NCBI GenBank assembly: GCA_964501725.1
Contig: CAZCTO010000007.1
Span: 10,264-74,263, forward strand
Reading direction: 5' to 3'
Source: an uncultured Oscillospiraceae bacterium
Lineage (GTDB): Bacteria; Bacillota; Clostridia; Saccharofermentanales; Saccharofermentanaceae
DNA length: 64,000 nt
The translations under genes and the position numbers were made by a program. This document shows, one piece after another, positions 40,708 through 50,161 of the stretch. The notes below the pieces were generated by a model. The model made no database searches. It was not told where the DNA came from and saw nothing but the letters and a program-made list of their open reading frames with translations. Position 1 is the first letter of the stretch. Every line of letters begins with the position of its first letter.

Positions 40708-41021
40708 TCTATGGTCTCCTTTTTCGTTTTCTTGTATTCGGCGATCAGCAGTTTGGCGGTGTCGAAGTCGATCCGCTCACTGAGCGTGAGTTCCTTTATC
40801 TTTGCGACGTACGGATCCTGGCCGGTCGACTCGCCGATCTGAATTTTCTGGATGATCCGATCCAGTCTCAGGCGAACCGTCGGATAGGATACACCATACT
40901 GCACGGCGATCTCCTTGAGCGAACCCGAAGCGAGGATAAAATTTCGGATAAACCGGATATCCTCCTCGTCGAGATGATTCATCCATGCGGGAACAAATTC
41001 ACTGGCCACCGGTACCTCCAA
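40704..41021 (-). CDS. DUF2089-like HTH DNA-binding protein (lacks the N-terminal zinc ribbon)
   Basis: HTH GSLKEIAVQYGVSYPTVRLRLDRI resembles the DUF2089 C-terminal half; true start probably the GTG at 41009, just after RBS GGAGG. Confidence 0.5.
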   Translation of the reverse strand: MEVPVASEFVPAWMNHLDEEDIRFIRNFILASGSLKEIAVQYGVSYPTVRLRLDRIIQKIQIGESTGQDPYVAKIKELTLSERIDFDTAKLLIAEYKKTKKETIE

Positions 41022-41038
41022 GAAAGTTTAATAAAATT

Positions 41039-41071
41039 AATATACACTTGAATAAAGTTAAAGTCAAGTGT
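41039..41071 (-). promoter_or_regulatory. Minus-strand promoter (TTGACT-17-TATATT) overlapped by the palindrome ACACTTGA-N12-TCAAGTGT; candidate autoregulatory operator
   Basis: Inverted repeat at 41044-41051/41064-41071; -35 (41062-41067) and -10 (41039-41044) read on the minus strand ~20 nt upstream of the RBS. Confidence 0.5.
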
Positions 41072-41348
41072 GACTATATCTTCAAATAATTAATTTTCGA
41101 GGCATAAGCAGGTCCCCGCCCAAGCGACCGAAAAGGACCGTCACTTGGGAGAAGGGTGAAGGTGAGGGAATTTTATATCGATCGCTTTACGGAAAAACCT
41201 GCTACCCGATTCATTGAAAATTGCAGAAAGAAAATCAATCATTATCGTGAACATTCCGAACATCCGTCTTCTGTGATATATTGAAAATCGCGATATCCGA
41301 TGATCATAATTCGGGAGCAAGGATAAATACAATACGAAGGAGCGCCCA

Positions 41349-42077
41349 ATGGATGGCAAATTGACCGATATGCAGTCTCAGACTCAAATGGCGGACGGAA
41401 ACAACAAAATGGCCGGCGGCGTCATTAAGCAATTCCCGGGAATGGATTCAAACGAGAATTTATTTAGAGAAGACGCATACAACAAGAGCAAATATTTTCC
41501 GTTCGCCGGTAAAAAATATAACATGCTGAAGATGATGGCAATTGCCGTTATGTTCATGATTGCCTGGATATTATTTTTCGCCCTTCTAGCAATGTGGACG
41601 GACATAAACGCGAATTGGAGCTTTCTTCTTTCGATGTCGGGGATAATTCCTTTATTTGCTTATATCATTTATAACCAGTGCGTTGTCCTAACAAAAGGAC
41701 TGCAGTGTTATATCAAAGATGAGGACGGCAGTTTCTACCTGGTGAAGATTACCAGAGCAGCGTCAACAACGATAGAAGCCATTGAAGAAGTACCGGATAA
41801 ACTTGAACTGGTGGGGCAGGATTTGCAGGTTGCCCAAGACAAATACTATGCATTCAATTGCGTTCAGAACTTTAAAAAAGGCAACAAGGCATGGAATTGG
41901 TTTAGCGGCGGAGAATACAGAGTGAAACGGCTCGGAAGCCTAAAACTGAACAAAGAAGGCAGGAAGAAGAGTACTTTTATCAGCACCGTAAACGGACATT
42001 CAAGAAGAATTAAAATCGATAACGGATATAAAGGAATTGTCGCGGAGTGCGACTGTAATCCGTTGACTTCTTTATAA
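41349..42077 (+). CDS. Hypothetical membrane protein (2-3 TM, C-terminal soluble domain)
   Basis: 242-aa ORF; promoter-like TTGAAA-18-CATAAT upstream; no recognizable family. Confidence 0.5.
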   Translation: MDGKLTDMQSQTQMADGNNKMAGGVIKQFPGMDSNENLFREDAYNKSKYFPFAGKKYNMLKMMAIAVMFMIAWILFFALLAMWTDINANWSFLLSMSGIIPLFAYIIYNQCVVLTKGLQCYIKDEDGSFYLVKITRAASTTIEAIEEVPDKLELVGQDLQVAQDKYYAFNCVQNFKKGNKAWNWFSGGEYRVKRLGSLKLNKEGRKKSTFISTVNGHSRRIKIDNGYKGIVAECDCNPLTSL

Positions 42078-42419
42078 AGCGGTGCGATAATCCAATTGAA
42101 TTTGTTAGAAGGAGGTGAGAGGTACTTAATGGCGATTCGATTCTCAATAGGTTATTTGTTTGTTCTGATCGGGCGCGTTGTTCACGGGTTCGCGTATGGT
42201 GTTGGACTTTCAAGGGATATTTATGCCCTTTTACCGGTAAAATGCTCCGGTTTCGGGCATAAACAGGATAATTCCGTCCATTTTTCCCGCTGTGACTGCC
42301 TCTTACCGCTTCACGTTCCGGCATAACGAAAGTGCCTGAAAATGTTTGTTGCCCGGGGAGAAGCATGGCGGAACCCCGGGTTTTTATATGCCCGGAACAA
42401 GGTTAAGGAGCATAAACGT

Positions 42420-43187
42420 ATGTACAAGTACTTCATAACAGCGCGGATGTCCGCGCAGGAGCAGACAAACGGCGGCATTTTTTACTCGCTGCCGGTTATA
42501 CTGCTCAAAATATGCACACTGATTCCGCTTCTCTATTTGTGGAAAACAATCATGAGTTCCGGAGCCAAAGTCGACATGACACTGGAGCAAATGTTGTCGT
42601 ACACATTTGTCAGCTCGATTCTTGCCGATATGCTGGTCGTAAAGACGCCGGCGACGGGATGGCTGTCGGAAGGCGTGCTGCTAAGGCTTTACGGCAGACC
42701 GTTTTCTGTTCTCGGTCAGCTGATGGCGCAAACGGTGGGCGGCTGGGTGCCGATGTTTCTGATGTTCTCCGTACCGACGCTATTTCTGGCACCGGTTTTG
42801 GGAGTCCGGCTGATACCCGCTTCGCCGGCCTTTTTTCTGAGTCTTCTGCTATGTATCTCCCTGGGATTCGCGATCGACTTTCTTTTCGCGTGTCTTTCGA
42901 TGCATATCAGGAACATGAGCTGGTTGATTGATCGGTTGCGGGCGGCAATTATCGTGATTTTCTCCGGAACGATTATACCGATTCGCTTCTTGCCTTTCGG
43001 AATCGGAGAAGTATTGAAGCTTCAGCCGTTCGCTTCGCTGGGCGGGTCGCCGCTCGGCATTTTTGTCGGATCCGCGGATGTCCGGCAAACGCTTTTTTTG
43101 CAGGCAGCCTGGAACCTCTTGCTATGGCCGGCGGCAATTATCGCGTTCAAAAAGTCACAGGAAAGAATGGTGAGCTATGGTGGATAA
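42420..43187 (+). CDS. ABC-2 family transporter permease
   Basis: MYKYFITARM... 6-TM ABC-2 permease; internal ATG chosen. Confidence 0.65.
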   Translation: MYKYFITARMSAQEQTNGGIFYSLPVILLKICTLIPLLYLWKTIMSSGAKVDMTLEQMLSYTFVSSILADMLVVKTPATGWLSEGVLLRLYGRPFSVLGQLMAQTVGGWVPMFLMFSVPTLFLAPVLGVRLIPASPAFFLSLLLCISLGFAIDFLFACLSMHIRNMSWLIDRLRAAIIVIFSGTIIPIRFLPFGIGEVLKLQPFASLGGSPLGIFVGSADVRQTLFLQAAWNLLLWPAAIIAFKKSQERMVSYGG

Positions 43188-44025
43188 GATGAATCTCAAA
43201 CGGGTTCTCGGTTTATACGGGATCTCCGCAAAAATGGATCTGGCGTGGCTCCTGCGGGATACCAAGTACGCGATTGCCGCAGTCCTGTCAGACCTTATTT
43301 CAAATTTGGCGACTGTGTCGTCTGTGTATCTGATCTCGGTGCGCTTCGGCGGCATCGGCGGGATGAGTTCAAGCGAAGTGCTGTTTATGATGGCATATTC
43401 GACGATGATTACCGGCAGTTTTATTATGTTCGGAGCACAGAACAATTTTCACGTATCCAGAATCATCGGACGGGGCCAACTGGAGCACATGTTTATCCAG
43501 CCGGTTCCCGTGAAGGTTCAGCTCGCGACGATGGGGTTCGCGCCGTTTACCGGAGGAATCAACTTTGTTGTCGGCGCGATCCTTCTTGTGATCGCGGGCA
43601 ATCGCATGGATCTTCACGTGACGCCGCAGTGGTTCTTGATGCTTTTTCTATTTCTCCTTGCGACGATGACAACAATTATCGCAAGGGCATACCTGGTCTC
43701 GAGCGTTGCGTTCTATTCCCCGGTTTCGGCCGAAGAAATTTCGACCAAAGCGATTGAGGGCACGTGGCTTCTCAGTACGTTTCCGCTGTCGGGTATGCCG
43801 GCATTTGTGCAAATCCCGTTGCTGACCATTCTTCCCGATGGGTTGATGGCCTGGTTTCCGTCACTTTGCCTTCTGGGGCGCCCGCCGCTCGGGCTGGGCT
43901 CCTATTATCCGATGCTTTACGCAATCATTCTTGCGACCGTAGCGGCCGCAATATTCAAGAAAGGAATGAACTATTATGTTAAAAGAGGGTCAAACCGATA
44001 CGTCCCGTACGGCTTCCGCCGTTAG
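43177..44025 (+). CDS. ABC-2 family transporter permease (second subunit)
   Basis: 282-aa 6-TM paralog-like protein, overlapping neighbours at both ends. Confidence 0.65.
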   Translation: MVDKMNLKRVLGLYGISAKMDLAWLLRDTKYAIAAVLSDLISNLATVSSVYLISVRFGGIGGMSSSEVLFMMAYSTMITGSFIMFGAQNNFHVSRIIGRGQLEHMFIQPVPVKVQLATMGFAPFTGGINFVVGAILLVIAGNRMDLHVTPQWFLMLFLFLLATMTTIIARAYLVSSVAFYSPVSAEEISTKAIEGTWLLSTFPLSGMPAFVQIPLLTILPDGLMAWFPSLCLLGRPPLGLGSYYPMLYAIILATVAAAIFKKGMNYYVKRGSNRYVPYGFRR

Positions 44026-44989
44026 TATCAGTCATGTCACGAAGGAGTTTCTTCAGTGGCAGCGCGACAATACGGGTAAGGGTATCATCCGAAATCTCTT
44101 GAAGCCGGAAAAGAAAACGATCACCGCGCTCGGTGACGTGTCCTTTGAAATTGAAAAGGGTGAATTCATCGCCTATGCCGGCCCGAACGGTGCCGGGAAA
44201 AGCACCACCATGAAGCTTCTTTCCGGAATGCTTCTTCCGACCGACGGAGAAATCTCGGTGCTGGGGATGTCGCCGCAAAAAAACCGTCGGGCGTTGATGC
44301 ACCGGATCGGAGTGCTTTTCGGGAACCGGACGGAACTGTGGTGGGATCATCCGGTCATCCAGAGCTTCGAGTGGAAAAAGGTCGTCTGGAACATTCCGGA
44401 GAGCGAGTACCGGAAAAATTTGGAAATCGTTACGGATCTTCTGGATCTGGGAGGGCTTCTGAAGACCTTCACGCGCGAACTCTCCCTCGGGCAGCGGATG
44501 CGTGCCGATTTGGCAATGCTGCTTCTCCATTCGCCCGAACTGATCCTTCTGGACGAACCGACGCTCGGACTCGACGTCGTTGCCAAACGCCGAATGATTG
44601 ATTTTTTGAAAATGATCAATCGTGAGAACGGCGTTACCGTCGTTGTGACCAGTCACGACATGGACGATTTGGAGGAGATGGCGAGGCGCATCCTGATGAT
44701 ATCCGGAGGCAAAATCGCTTATGACGGCAACTTCGACGGACTTCGATCCATCACCGGAAACCTGATCCGAGTCGTTGTCACCATGAGCAATGAGACGATT
44801 CCGGATCTTCGAAATTCGACGCTTCTGTCGTCGCAAAACGGCGTCCATGAATTCGAGATCGATCTGAGCAATTCTTCCGTCAAGAAACTCATGAAGTACC
44901 TCTCGGAGGTCGACGGCATCGCCGATGTCGAAATCAAAAAAGCCCCGATCGAACAGGTGATCGCGCGGCTCTATGAGCAGTGGAAATAA
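43976..44989 (+). CDS. ABC transporter ATP-binding protein with C-terminal extension
   Basis: Walker A GPNGAGKST, signature LSLGQRMR, Walker B LILLDEPT; ~100-aa C-terminal domain. Confidence 0.8.
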   Translation: MLKEGQTDTSRTASAVSISHVTKEFLQWQRDNTGKGIIRNLLKPEKKTITALGDVSFEIEKGEFIAYAGPNGAGKSTTMKLLSGMLLPTDGEISVLGMSPQKNRRALMHRIGVLFGNRTELWWDHPVIQSFEWKKVVWNIPESEYRKNLEIVTDLLDLGGLLKTFTRELSLGQRMRADLAMLLLHSPELILLDEPTLGLDVVAKRRMIDFLKMINRENGVTVVVTSHDMDDLEEMARRILMISGGKIAYDGNFDGLRSITGNLIRVVVTMSNETIPDLRNSTLLSSQNGVHEFEIDLSNSSVKKLMKYLSEVDGIADVEIKKAPIEQVIARLYEQWK

Positions 44990-45063
44990 TAAATCGACTC
45001 GAACCCGAAAAAGATCCTATAAAAATCGAATCGGGTACCGTACGATATGTTCAAGTCTTATGA

Positions 45064-45100
45064 AAATCGATCCGATCCGTAATCCGGTTCGGATCGATTT
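45064..45100. other. Strong hairpin (12-bp perfect stem AAATCGATCCGA / TCGGATCGATTT with a further 3-bp inner stem), no U-tract
   Basis: Seen directly; lies 75 nt after the ABC ATPase stop. Confidence 0.5.
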
Positions 45101-45247
45101 ATGTTAAAATGAATTTATTATATTAATGTCAAATTTATAATTGCCGCTGCTTTTCGAAGTGAAAGTAAGCGACAAGAAGGCTTTGCGGAAATGGATGGTT
45201 CAAAGCTTTATCAATGTGAGAATACCTTGAGGCAATGATAAACAAAC

Positions 45248-45327
45248 GAACGCGAAATAATGGTCGACGAACGCGTGCGATGTTCACGTGAAAACTATTG
45301 ACGTTCGAGTGAACGCGTGATATGATG
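45248..45327 (+). promoter_or_regulatory. Promoter TTGACG-17-TATGAT (45298-45326) preceded and overlapped by three direct GAACGCG repeats (45248, 45269, 45311; spacing 21 and 42 bp) and the palindrome TTCACGTGAA (45283-45292)
   Basis: Seen directly; helically phased repeats, the last lying within the promoter spacer. Confidence 0.5.
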
Positions 45328-45356
45328 TCGTCATGATGTATGAAAGGAGGAGAGCG

Positions 45357-45914
45357 ATGATACCCGGAACGGTAATACCCGAAAGCAAAGATCAAAGGAT
45401 CCCCGGCGTTGGTTTTCTAAACGGAATCTTTGCCGCAACATCCGTCTTGATGCTTTCGCAGGTTCGGGAAATGACGGGACTGGACACATCCGCACTCCAG
45501 AATTGGGTAAAACGCGGATGGGTAAGTCCACCGGTAAACAGAGGATACAATATCGATCAAGTTGCGAGGATCCTGATCATCAACATGCTGAGGGACGCTT
45601 TTCAACTCGAAAAGATCGCGTTTCTTCTGGCATACGTGAATGGTTCCGTTCTCGACCGGTCTGATGACATCATCCCCGAATCTCATCTCTATGAGTACAT
45701 CTGCCTTTTGATTTCCCGATATGAAAACCATAGTATCGGGGATGAAGAATCACTGGAAGCGTGCATCGAAGAAGTAACGATAAACTATGTCGAATCAATT
45801 CCCGGCGCGCGTAATCGCTTGAGGGCAGCACTCAAGTGCATCATTCTGGCGGACCAGAGCATTATCGTCAGAAAGAGAGCAGAGGCACTCTTGGAAAGCT
45901 TCAGGAAACATTAA
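45357..45914 (+). CDS. DUF1836 domain protein (paralog), first gene of the NfeD-flotillin operon
   Basis: MerR-like HTH LSQVREMTGLDTSALQNWVKRGWVSPP plus DUF1836-like core (YNIDQVARILIINMLRDAFQLEKIAFLL); ATG 45357 after RBS AAGGAGG. Confidence 0.55.
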   Translation: MIPGTVIPESKDQRIPGVGFLNGIFAATSVLMLSQVREMTGLDTSALQNWVKRGWVSPPVNRGYNIDQVARILIINMLRDAFQLEKIAFLLAYVNGSVLDRSDDIIPESHLYEYICLLISRYENHSIGDEESLEACIEEVTINYVESIPGARNRLRAALKCIILADQSIIVRKRAEALLESFRKH

Positions 45915-45953
45915 TGATAATGGACCTCTTTGAGGTCAGAAAGGAGAAACAAA

Positions 45954-46564
45954 TGTTTGATTGGTGGGAGTCATTATCCATACTCCAGCAAGTCTTCGGA
46001 TATGTGGCGATCCCGGCTACCATAGTGATGATCGTTCAGACGATTCTGGTAATCATCGGTATCGGTGACGGTGATGCGGACATGGATGTGGATCTTGCGG
46101 ATGGTGACGTTTCGGATGGAGTCGACGGATTGGCATTAGTCAGTATACGCGGTATCGTTGCATTCTTCGCCGTCGGTGGTTGGACAGGGATTGTCCTTGG
46201 CGGAACGGGGATACACATCGCTTTAGTCATCCTCATTTCCGTTGTTGCCGGAGCCTTGGCTCTTCTGACTGTTGGGGTTATCCTGCGCTCAACAAGGAAG
46301 CTTCAGGATCGGGGAAACATTCAGCTTTCGAATGCCGTAGGTAAGACGGCAACGGTTTATATTGCTGTTCCCGAAAACGGCAAAAGCGGCAAGGTTAATC
46401 TGACGGTTCAGGGACGCTTCTCCGAGTTCGATGCGGTTACCCACTCCGGGAAAAAGCTGTTGCCGGGTCAAAGTGTGCTCGTTACGGGCCTTGAAAACGA
46501 TAACACGCTTGTTGTCGCTTTGAAAGAAAACCAGGAAGGACAGCAGGAAGAATCAAAACCATAA
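45954..46564 (+). CDS. NfeD-family membrane protein (YuaF-like)
   Basis: N-terminal 3-TM region with Asp/Gly-rich loop, C-terminal OB-fold-like beta domain (KVNLTVQGRFSEFDAVT..VLVTGLEN); ATG after RBS AAGGAGAAA. Confidence 0.65.
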
Positions 46565-46596
46565 CACAAAACACATAAATAGGAGGGATATTTTTT

Positions 46597-48039
46597 ATGC
46601 CGGGTGCATTAACAATACTGATATCAATCATTGTTCTGGTCATTTTATCCACGTTCATTTTGGTGCTTTCCCGTTATCGCAAGTGTCCTTCGGACAAAAT
46701 CATGGTCATTTACGGTAAAGTCGGGAGCAACACAGACGGAACGAATCGATCCGCACGCTGTATTCACGGAGGAGCTGCGTTTATCTGGCCGATTTTTCAG
46801 GCATACCAGTATATGGATCTGACACCGATTTCACTCAGCGTCGATCTGACCAACGCACTTTCAAGACAAAACATCCGCATCGATGTTCCGTCCCGTTTTA
46901 CCGTTGGTATCTCGACGGAAGATGGGGTTATGCAGAACGCCGCGGAGCGACTTCTCGGATTGCAGCTTAACGCGATTCAGGATTTAGCGAAGGACATTAT
47001 TTTCGGTCAGCTTCGTTTGATCATCGCGACGATGAGCATCGAAGAAATCAACACCGACCGTGATAAGTTTTTGGAATCGGTTTCCACCAATGTCGAGACC
47101 GAACTCAAGAAGATCGGATTACGCCTGATCAACGTCAATGTAACTGACATCAGCGACGAGTCCGGCTATATCATTGCTCTGGGAAGAGAAGCAGCTGCCA
47201 TCGCGATCAATGACGCGAAGAAATCGGTTGCCGAAGCGGACCGTGCCGGTGCGATCGGTGAAGCGAACGCCAACATGGAGCAGAGAGTCAAGGTTTCCCT
47301 GGCGAACTCCGAAGCCGTAAAGGGTGAAAACGAAGCGAAGGCCAATATCGCTGCATCAGATGCAATCCGCCGTGAACTGGAAGCCGAAGCGATGCGTAAA
47401 GCGGTTTCCGCAGAGAAGATTCAAGCTGCAAAAGCCGCACAGGATGCATACGCTGCCGAGCAGGACGCGGAACTTGCCCGTGCCCAACGTGAAAAGGCAA
47501 CTTTGGAAGCCGATATTGTTGTTAAGGCTGAGATCGATAAGCGGCAGTTGGAAATTGCCGCTGAAGCGGAAGCGGAGCAATCCCGTCGCAGAGCACGAGG
47601 AGAAGCAGACGCGATTTATGCCAAGATGGAAGCTGAAGCCCGAGGCCTTGAAGAGATCCTTACCAAGCAGGCAATCGGTTTCTCTAAGGTCGTCGAAGCC
47701 GCCGGCGGAAATCCCGCCGATGCAATCCGCCTGATGATCGCCGACAAACTCGAAGACATCGTGCGTGTTCAGGTCGAGGCAATCAAGAACCTTAAGATCG
47801 ACAAAATTACGGTTTGGGACAGTAACTCCGGATCGGCCGGGGAAGGGAAGACCGCAACCGCTAACTTTCTTTCCGGAATCATGAAGAGCATTCCTCCGAT
47901 GAATGAGATGTTTAACATGGCCGGTATGGAACTTCCCGATTATCTCGGGAAGAATAAAGCTGAAATCAATAAGCTCGACGAAGTCGAAGAAACTAAGACA
48001 GTTCCGACTCCCGAGAAGGTGACCGGTGAAAAGAAGTAA
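46597..48039 (+). CDS. floT: Flotillin (FloT/YuaG-like) SPFH-domain protein
   Basis: N-terminal TM hairpin, SPFH domain, Ala/Glu-rich flotillin heptad repeats (AEAMRKAVSAEKIQAAKAAQ..); 480 aa. Confidence 0.8.
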   Translation: MPGALTILISIIVLVILSTFILVLSRYRKCPSDKIMVIYGKVGSNTDGTNRSARCIHGGAAFIWPIFQAYQYMDLTPISLSVDLTNALSRQNIRIDVPSRFTVGISTEDGVMQNAAERLLGLQLNAIQDLAKDIIFGQLRLIIATMSIEEINTDRDKFLESVSTNVETELKKIGLRLINVNVTDISDESGYIIALGREAAAIAINDAKKSVAEADRAGAIGEANANMEQRVKVSLANSEAVKGENEAKANIAASDAIRRELEAEAMRKAVSAEKIQAAKAAQDAYAAEQDAELARAQREKATLEADIVVKAEIDKRQLEIAAEAEAEQSRRRARGEADAIYAKMEAEARGLEEILTKQAIGFSKVVEAAGGNPADAIRLMIADKLEDIVRVQVEAIKNLKIDKITVWDSNSGSAGEGKTATANFLSGIMKSIPPMNEMFNMAGMELPDYLGKNKAEINKLDEVEETKTVPTPEKVTGEKK

Positions 48040-48062
48040 ATCGGACCGAATCGATAACTGAA

Positions 48063-48106
48063 GGACCGCCGGGGGCAAAAAGCAACCGGCGGCCCTTTCG
48101 TTTATT
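48063..48106 (+). terminator. Putative intrinsic terminator after the flotillin operon
   Basis: GACCGCCGG...CCGGCGGCC stem followed by CTTTCGTTTATT. Confidence 0.45.
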
Positions 48107-48201
48107 GGACAAGGCAAAAAAGATGCATATAATTCGAGGCATCTACTTGATTTCATCGCAACCACCGGTTGATATTCGGAGGCAAAAGGAGAGTTACGCA
48201 C

Positions 48202-48771
48202 ATGGGCAAAAAACTATCAGAAATGAGTAACGAGGAACTCTGGCAGCTATTTCCGATTGAGCTTTCCCCGCATCGGACAAGTTGGGCGGATCAGTACGCC
48301 CGCGAGGAGGCGCGTCTTCTGCCGGTTCTTTCCCCGCTGCGTCTCACACGGATCAGCCATATCGGAAGTACGTCGGTCGGGAGTATCTGCGCTAAACCGA
48401 TCGTCGACATCCTTGTCGAGATCCCGGAAGACGCAGACATGAGCAGCGTCGTTAAAGTTCTCGTCGGATCCGGATATCGTGTCACGTCACATGAACCGGG
48501 ACGGATCTCCTCAAATCGTGGTTACACGGAGAAAGGCTTTGCGGATGAGGTATTTCACCTGCATCTGCGCTTTTCGGGAGACAATGACGAGCTCTATTTC
48601 CGTGATTTTCTGAAGGATCGACCGGACGTTGCTTTACTTTACGAGAATTTGAAAAAAGGCCTCAAGGAAAAGCATACATATAACCGTGACGCATATACGG
48701 ATGGGAAGACGGAGTTTATCCGGCGATACACCGAAGAGGCCAAGAGGATGTATCCCGGACGATACGAATAG
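48202..48771 (+). CDS. GrpB family protein (UPF0157, nucleotidyltransferase-like)
   Basis: 190-aa; motifs HIGSTSV..KPIVDIL and the HLHL region typical of GrpB. Confidence 0.65.
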   Translation: MGKKLSEMSNEELWQLFPIELSPHRTSWADQYAREEARLLPVLSPLRLTRISHIGSTSVGSICAKPIVDILVEIPEDADMSSVVKVLVGSGYRVTSHEPGRISSNRGYTEKGFADEVFHLHLRFSGDNDELYFRDFLKDRPDVALLYENLKKGLKEKHTYNRDAYTDGKTEFIRRYTEEAKRMYPGRYE

Positions 48772-48858
48772 TCAGGTGAAGATCGGACCGGACATCAACT
48801 ACATCACAATCAATAAATACATTACGAAAAGAATTAATAGAATGAGAAGGGGATCAAA

Positions 48859-49347
48859 ATGAAGAAAATTCGTAACTTTATCGTTTGTTTACTGGTCGTA
48901 GCCATGACTGTTTCTTTGAGTGCTTGCTCTAAAAAACCGTTAAGTGAAAAGAAATTTCGGGAAATTATGGAAGACAAGTATGACTATGAAATTACGGAAA
49001 ATAGTTTAATTGTCGGGGAAGAGCTGGTCCTGATAGCAAATAGAGACTCTTTTAGTATCCATGCATTATATGCGCTTTATGAAGACGAGGATACTGCAAT
49101 AGAAAATATGGAAAGAAAAATAGAAATTACTGAGGAAGCACAAGAAGAAGGCGAATTTGACGGAACGATTAAGAAGAGCGGATCCGGTGATTTCGAAAAA
49201 GTAGTCATTGAAGGTGAGCGTTCGAGATATGATTTATACGAGGTTTGGGTGCGTTGTGATAAATTGATTATTCGTGTCTCAAAAGATAATCCCGACAAGG
49301 AAGATGTCAAAAAAGTGAACAAGATCATCAAGGATTTCGGCTATTAA
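48859..49347 (+). CDS. Lipoprotein, function unknown
   Basis: Signal peptide with lipobox LSACS; acidic soluble domain. Confidence 0.6.
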   Translation: MKKIRNFIVCLLVVAMTVSLSACSKKPLSEKKFREIMEDKYDYEITENSLIVGEELVLIANRDSFSIHALYALYEDEDTAIENMERKIEITEEAQEEGEFDGTIKKSGSGDFEKVVIEGERSRYDLYEVWVRCDKLIIRVSKDNPDKEDVKKVNKIIKDFGY

Positions 49348-49474
49348 CAGACGTTTTTCATTGCGGAATTGAAAAGAGCTGTTGTATCATGAACGTGTAT
49401 GTTCGTGTTACGACGGCATTTTTTTGCTCTCCGAATGTTATGCTGAATCGAGTCTTCATAGAAGGAGAAGAGTG

Positions 49475-50146
49475 GTGTATAGAATCTTAATTATTGAAGA
49501 TGATCGCGGCATCGCAGAAGCCCTGAAGGAGCAGGCAGGAAAATGGAACCTGCAGGCAGCGGTTGTGCAGAATTTCAGAGAGGTCATGAAGGAGTTTTCC
49601 GATTATGACCCGCATCTGATTCTTTTAGATATTGCGTTGCCTTTTTTCAACGGGTATCACTGGTGTGGAGAGATCCGGAAAGTATCGAAAGTTCCGATTC
49701 TTTTCATCTCCTCGGCCGCGGATAACATGAATATTGTGATGGCGATGAGCATGGGCGCGGATGACTTTATCGTTAAGCCGTTTGACCAGAGTGTGCTTAT
49801 GGCAAAGATCCAGGCGATGTTGCGCCGTACGTATGATTACGGAGGTGCGGTTCCGGTGTTGGAACATCGCGGAGCCCTTTTAAGTACCGGAGACAATACG
49901 CTGACGATCCGTGACGACAAAATCGAACTGACCAAAAACGAGTATCGAATTCTTCTGGCACTTCTGGAAAACAAGGGAAAAATCGTAAGCAGAGATCACT
50001 TGATGGAACGCCTCTGGGCGACCGAGAGCTTTGTGGACGAGAACACCCTTTCGGTGAACGTGAATCGCTTACGTAAAAAACTCGACGCGGCGGGTCTGCC
50101 GGAATTTATTACCACTAAGGTAGGTCTGGGCTACATCATTGAATAG
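49475..50146 (+). CDS. OmpR-family response regulator (BceR-like)
   Basis: Probable GTG start after RBS AGGAG (listed ORF over-extended upstream); receiver (ILIIEDD..LLDIALP) plus winged helix. Confidence 0.8.
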   Translation: MYRILIIEDDRGIAEALKEQAGKWNLQAAVVQNFREVMKEFSDYDPHLILLDIALPFFNGYHWCGEIRKVSKVPILFISSAADNMNIVMAMSMGADDFIVKPFDQSVLMAKIQAMLRRTYDYGGAVPVLEHRGALLSTGDNTLTIRDDKIELTKNEYRILLALLENKGKIVSRDHLMERLWATESFVDENTLSVNVNRLRKKLDAAGLPEFITTKVGLGYIIE

Positions 50147-50161
50147 AATCGGGGGACGGAA

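Noticed and set aside
41141-41359. 72-aa minus-strand ORF in the intergenic region before 41349
   Set aside because: Lies across the promoter region of the + strand gene with no RBS; likely spurious.
43979-44848. 289-aa minus-strand ORF inside the ABC ATPase gene
   Set aside because: Antisense to clear Walker A/B and signature motifs; shadow ORF.
47356-48201. 281-aa minus-strand ORF inside the flotillin gene
   Set aside because: Antisense to the Ala/Glu repeat region; shadow ORF.
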